Below are positions 61,901 through 64,000 of a stretch of DNA of 64,000 bases, piece by piece. The DNA is from Bugula neritina (Eukaryota; Animalia; Bryozoa): assembly GCA_964035545.1 (NCBI GenBank), contig OZ037770.1:15056642-15120641 (forward strand), in the 5' to 3' direction. The position numbers and the translations under genes are program-made. The notes beneath the pieces are model-generated. The model was given only the letters and a program-made list of their open reading frames with translations. It was not told the origin of the DNA and did no database searches. The stretch's first letter is position 1; each line of letters opens with the position of its first letter.

Positions 61901-63981
61901 ATGCTCTATGAGTCACCTGTTCCCTGTGTCACATGCTCTATGAGTCACCTGTTCCCTGTGTCACATGCTCTATGAGTCATTTGCAATAGGCGTCACTATA
62001 TAATGCAACACCTGCTCTATGTGCCAGCCTCACAACATGTCACTTTATATTGTAATGCTGGCACTACATGTCACCTGTATCCTGTGTCACTCTTTTTATC
62101 ACCTGCTACATGTGCCAGTCACACTATGTGTCACCTCACAATGTAGTAACTGAACTGCGAGATTCATTTATAATGTATAGCATGTATAGCGTACTAAATG
62201 CCCTCTCATATGTCTGTTATACACAATATATATGTCTAGGTTCACCCACCTTAACAGTCCTGTCATTACTGAAAGCTCTGATGTCATACTTAGGGTACCA
62301 TGTGGCTCCTCTCACAAGGTATGTCACAGTAAGGATCACTTCCCCTTTCTCTTTCACGTCCATCAGAATGGAGGTTTGACTATAATATAGACAGGAAATT
62401 TAATTAAATAACTGGTAACTAAATAAACGATAGTTGAACTATCGGAGAACAAGTGACTGAAAACTTAACAACTGGTGACTTAGTGACTGAGAACTCAATA
62501 ACTGGTGACTTAGTGACTGATAAATGACTGACAGAGCTAAAATTTTGGCAGTAGTAGTTTTCATATTGAGATAAGAGTTGGTTTCATCATTCATTGAATG
62601 ATTTTCAATGAATAAGCAAGTGACAGTCACTACTAAGTAGAGTCACTACTAAGTAAAGTCACTACTAAGTAAAATCACTACTAAGTAAAGTCACTACTAA
62701 GTAAAGTCACTACTGAGTAAAGTCACTACTAAGTAAAGTCACTACTAAGTAAAATCACTACTAAGTAAAGTCACTACTAAGTAAAGTCACTACTAAGTAA
62801 AATCACTACTAAGTAAAGTCACTACTAAGTAAAGTCACTACTGAGTAAAGTCACTACTAAGTAAACTCACTACTGAGTAAAGTCACTACTAAGTAAAGTC
62901 ACTACTAAGTAAAGTCACTACTAAGTAAAGTCACTACTAAGTAAAATCACTACTAAGTAAAGTCACTACTAAGTAAAGTCACTACTGAGTAAAGTCACTA
63001 CTAAGTAAACTCACTACTGAGTAAAGTCACCCACCAATTCATGTAAAGTGACTTACCGAATCTCCGTCGTCTCTCTACTGTTCCTGCCGGCCTCCATCTC
63101 TCTGTCTCGCAAGACACGAATCTGGTTTCTCAGATCCTGAATCTCCGCCTCCAGTCTGTATGACTCATCATCACATGACTTCAGTTGTTCCGAGTATACA
63201 TTCATGAAGTTGAGCACACCACTCATACCAGTTTCAGTTAGTAGACTCTCTACCATACTCTGCGTAATATATTACAATATGCTTCCTATATTACTACAAG
63301 TTGTATGCCATCATATGATATAAATGTTACTATAATATGTTATATGTGTAATTACATCATATGTTATATGTATTAGTATATGCATGTTTACATAATTATG
63401 TATACTTTAAGCTACATATGTCACTATAGAAGATAAATATACTACAAGGTGATATAACACATTTATATAACATAAAAAATAAACCCGCTATGCATGTGCT
63501 GTTATAACAGATTGAGAGACAATTGAAGTATGAAATCACGTGGTTTAAATGAGTTTTCATAAGCGTTAAAAATACACTCGATTATAGGATTGAGATAGAA
63601 CTTTACTAGCAGGCATAATTGAAGTGTCAATAAAACTTCTTATCACCTGCATGCAAGTGTCACTTGAAAGCTTTACTACAAAACACAACCAGTGACACTT
63701 GCTTGCAAGTGTCACAAGAAGAGTTTTACTAGTAAAATAACCAGAAAGTTACCTGCTTGCAAGCATCACTTGAAGGGTTGCGAATCTGGTCAGCCAGGCC
63801 GACGTACAGCTGTTTACGTCGTGTAGTTCTCTCTCGCTCTGTCTCTATAACTCGGATGCGTTTCTCCAGGTCGGCCACCTCTTCTCTTATGCTCTTCATA
63901 GAATCTTGATTTACCTGCTTGGTCTCTGTCTTCTCCAGGGAACTAACTTCAGTAATGGTGGCATTTCCTTTTCCCTCCACC
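58998..63981 (-). CDS. DUF4140/DUF4139 protein (C. elegans F37C4.5-like), 5'-partial; first exon(s) lie outside the window
   Basis: Exons 63981-63753, 63259-63057, 62379-62250, 61733-61591, 61475-61334, 60988-60919, 60294-60125, 60024-59916, 59667-59543, 59204-58998. Motifs VEGKGNATITEV, coiled coil, TYLVRGATWYPKYDIR, QKTGEDWTNARLILSTAQP, ATIPSD..DHKVTV, GPSNIFVDNNF, FDVSLGID, EQLPRS. Confidence 0.88.
59198..59440. repeat. 43-nt tandem repeat copying the last-exon acceptor
   Basis: CAACCACCTGTGACAAGATGCCACAATACATGACAGTGTGAAT, about 5.5 copies. The minus strand gives repeated ACAG|GTGGTTG. Confidence 0.9.
60326..60693. repeat. Intronic minisatellite, 19-nt unit TGTCTAGGACTATACTCT(A/G), about 19 copies
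   Basis: Directly visible. Confidence 0.95.
61785..61979. repeat. Intronic minisatellite, 32-nt unit, about 6 copies
   Basis: TCACCTGTTCCCTGTGTC(G/A)CATGCTCTATGAG. Confidence 0.95.
62624..63030. repeat. Intronic minisatellite, 16-nt unit AGTCACTACTAAGTAA, about 25 copies
   Basis: Directly visible. It starts about 25 nt from the donor at 63056. Confidence 0.95.
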
Positions 63982-64000
63982 CTAAAAGAAAAGCAAATGT

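Overview
AT-rich, intron-rich eukaryotic DNA from an animal, probably an invertebrate; the taxon cannot be fixed from the sequence alone. I assembled seven protein-coding genes by hand from GT-AG junctions and reading-frame continuity. (1) A full-length eIF4G (+, about 2.4-27.7 kb, 24 coding exons) with PABP motif, eIF4E motif, MIF4G, MA3 and W2. (2, 3) Two CD225/dispanin (IFITM/PRRT-like) genes nested antisense in one 7.3-kb eIF4G intron; one carries a very large Ser/Thr mucin-like tail. (4) A tandem, strongly diverged but open eIF4G paralog (+, about 34.3-40.3 kb) that keeps the PABP motif, degenerate eIF4E motifs and MIF4G, but has lost MA3 and the end of W2. (5) An SLC16/MCT-type MFS transporter (-). 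(6) An LRR-only protein (+) with RFX X-box-like sites upstream. (7) A 5'-incomplete DUF4140/DUF4139 (F37C4.5-like) gene (-). Non-coding features include tRNA-derived SINE-like copies, three MITEs, candidate in-frame microexons in eIF4G, and many intron-specific minisatellites that start at, copy, or are complementary to splice sites. All exon structures are predictions without transcript evidence.
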